Below, piece by piece: positions 35,530-36,650 of a DNA stretch of 36,650 nucleotides. The translations under genes and the position numbers were made by a program. Numbering within the stretch: the stretch's first letter is position 1; every line of letters begins with the position of its first letter. The notes beneath the pieces are model-generated. The model made no database searches. It was given only the letters and a program-made list of their open reading frames with translations, and was not told where the DNA came from. Location: assembly GCA_016180645.1 (NCBI GenBank), contig JACPAV010000041.1, positions 1-36,650 on the forward strand, written 5' to 3'. Source of the DNA: Nitrospirota bacterium (GTDB taxonomy: Bacteria; JACPQY01).

Positions 35530-36585
35530 ATGAACGAACTTTATCGCACCTACGAAGTTCTAATAGAGGAAACGGTTCACCCCGACAATCCGAAGCGGAA
35601 AACCAGCAACAAGCCCGGCGTGTGGGATCAACAGAAATACGATGCCCTCCGCGACACGAACGCAGTGTTTCAGGATGCCGTGTGCTACTACACCATCTTG
35701 ATCGCGGGCTTGGGCGGCGACCTGAATCCACTTTGGGGCGAAATGTGCGAGCGGGAAGAGCATCCCGGCAATGATGTGACAAAGGTTCTGCAACGATTGG
35801 CCGCGAATTACCCGGGGCTGCCGCACGCGCAATCAGTGCGGGAGCTTGTGAGCGGTGCTCTTACTCAAGGCAAGTCAGAGACCGAGCGGAAACGAACCTA
35901 CGAGATACTTGAGAGTCAACTCGCGGGCGAAGACACCGAGTTGGATATCGAGAACCTCACAATGTTCGCCCACGACAACGGCCTGAGACTGTGCAGCCCA
36001 ACAAGCAAGAGGAAGATGCCTGGCTCGGCTTTGCTGAACAGGCTGTACTGGATGATACACGGTGCGCCACAGTCTCATGCGGACGTAGCGGCAATGGTGA
36101 CTCTGATTGACGAGTTCCGTAATTCAGTCGAGTTGCCTTCCCAAGACCGCGTGAAGGAACACTATCAAGCAGCGTTCACTGTTGCCAAATGCGGTCGAGC
36201 GAAGAAGTTGCGGCCTTTGATCGAAGCGCAACTCGCCGATTTGCAGGCGCATATTCAGGAGGAGGCTCATACGGACAGACGGTTTGTCTGGTTTCATCGT
36301 TCCGGCCCGGTCAATCCAATGGCGCACCTCGTGGCCCGCTTGCTCTGGTTCCAGAACGATGAGGTGCTCGCAAGGATCGCCCTTGAAGACTTGGTTGGTT
36401 TCATCAGCAACCCCGGTAACAAGATCGCCAAGCCTCTTGGCGACGAGGGCGGGATGCCAAGCAAATTCCCTTATTTCACGCAATGGCTTGGCATCAAGTT
36501 TGAATCACCTGCGTTCAGAGAGAAGTTCGATGACGCCGTGTTGAAGATGGCTGAAGTTACCCCCGTTTTTTGGACAGGTGGTTAA
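35530..36585 (+). CDS. Divergent Cas12b-related type V effector, N-terminal ~340 aa only, interrupted by an IS
   Basis: LYRTY, FQDAVCYYT (shared with the upstream stub), LCSP, ARLLWF, FPYFT and FDDAVLKMA are colinear with recalled Cas12b motifs. RBS GAGGA before ATG 35530; the last ~11 codons are IS-derived. Confidence 0.6.
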   Translation: MNELYRTYEVLIEETVHPDNPKRKTSNKPGVWDQQKYDALRDTNAVFQDAVCYYTILIAGLGGDLNPLWGEMCEREEHPGNDVTKVLQRLAANYPGLPHAQSVRELVSGALTQGKSETERKRTYEILESQLAGEDTELDIENLTMFAHDNGLRLCSPTSKRKMPGSALLNRLYWMIHGAPQSHADVAAMVTLIDEFRNSVELPSQDRVKEHYQAAFTVAKCGRAKKLRPLIEAQLADLQAHIQEEAHTDRRFVWFHRSGPVNPMAHLVARLLWFQNDEVLARIALEDLVGFISNPGNKIAKPLGDEGGMPSKFPYFTQWLGIKFESPAFREKFDDAVLKMAEVTPVFWTGG

Positions 36586-36650
36586 GCCAAGATTTTGGCA
36601 GAATCGAGGTTCAAGAAACGGAAGGAGAGATCATGGGACAGAAGCGGAAA
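36552..36650 (+). mobile_element. Left end of an IS3-family insertion sequence (runs off the window)
   Basis: TGAAGTTACCCCCGTTTTTTGGACA resembles IS3-family IRL (5'-TG...GGACA); GAAGGAG RBS and ATG 36633 give MGQKRK, typical of an OrfA start. Confidence 0.7.

Noticed and set aside
35322-36585. A single frameshifted cas12b gene made from the 65-aa and 351-aa ORFs
   Set aside because: Both ORFs contain the same N-terminal FQDAV.YYT segment and each has its own RBS, so they are two separate gene starts, not consecutive parts of one gene.

Overview
GC-rich Gram-negative bacterial DNA; lipoproteins, an outer-membrane barrel and sigma-54 promoters are present, but the lineage cannot be assigned. 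From the left: a PTPS/QueD-family and ParB-like gene pair, a hypothetical gene whose 5' end is duplicated upstream, and an orphan sigma-54 AAA+ activator. This converges on a minus-strand block of a pseudo-receiver HD-GYP phosphodiesterase and two paralogous ~1700-aa Ig/FN3/double-RCC1 lipoproteins, with -24/-12 promoters ahead of the HD-GYP gene and ahead of the downstream adhesin. Next come an ArsR-led six-gene hyf-like operon whose large subunit lacks the Ni-binding CxxC motifs (Ehr type), and a beta-propeller lipoprotein. A repeat-punctuated accessory patch holds an IS110 stub, a DUF5678-aspartic protease fusion, a MITE/REPINs and an AbrB-RelE toxin-antitoxin pair. A GMC oxidoreductase pair, def, hom and a beta-barrel gene follow. 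The right end is the most interesting part: structured putative ncRNA(s), a DUF3800 gene with a probable CTG start, a 35-aa Cas3-HD-like stub, a 65-aa Cas12b N-terminal stub, and a divergent Cas12b-like (type V) gene cut at ~340 codons by an IS3-family end at the window edge. No CRISPR array, cas1/cas2 or RuvC domain is visible. All family calls are from motif recognition by eye; no searches were run.
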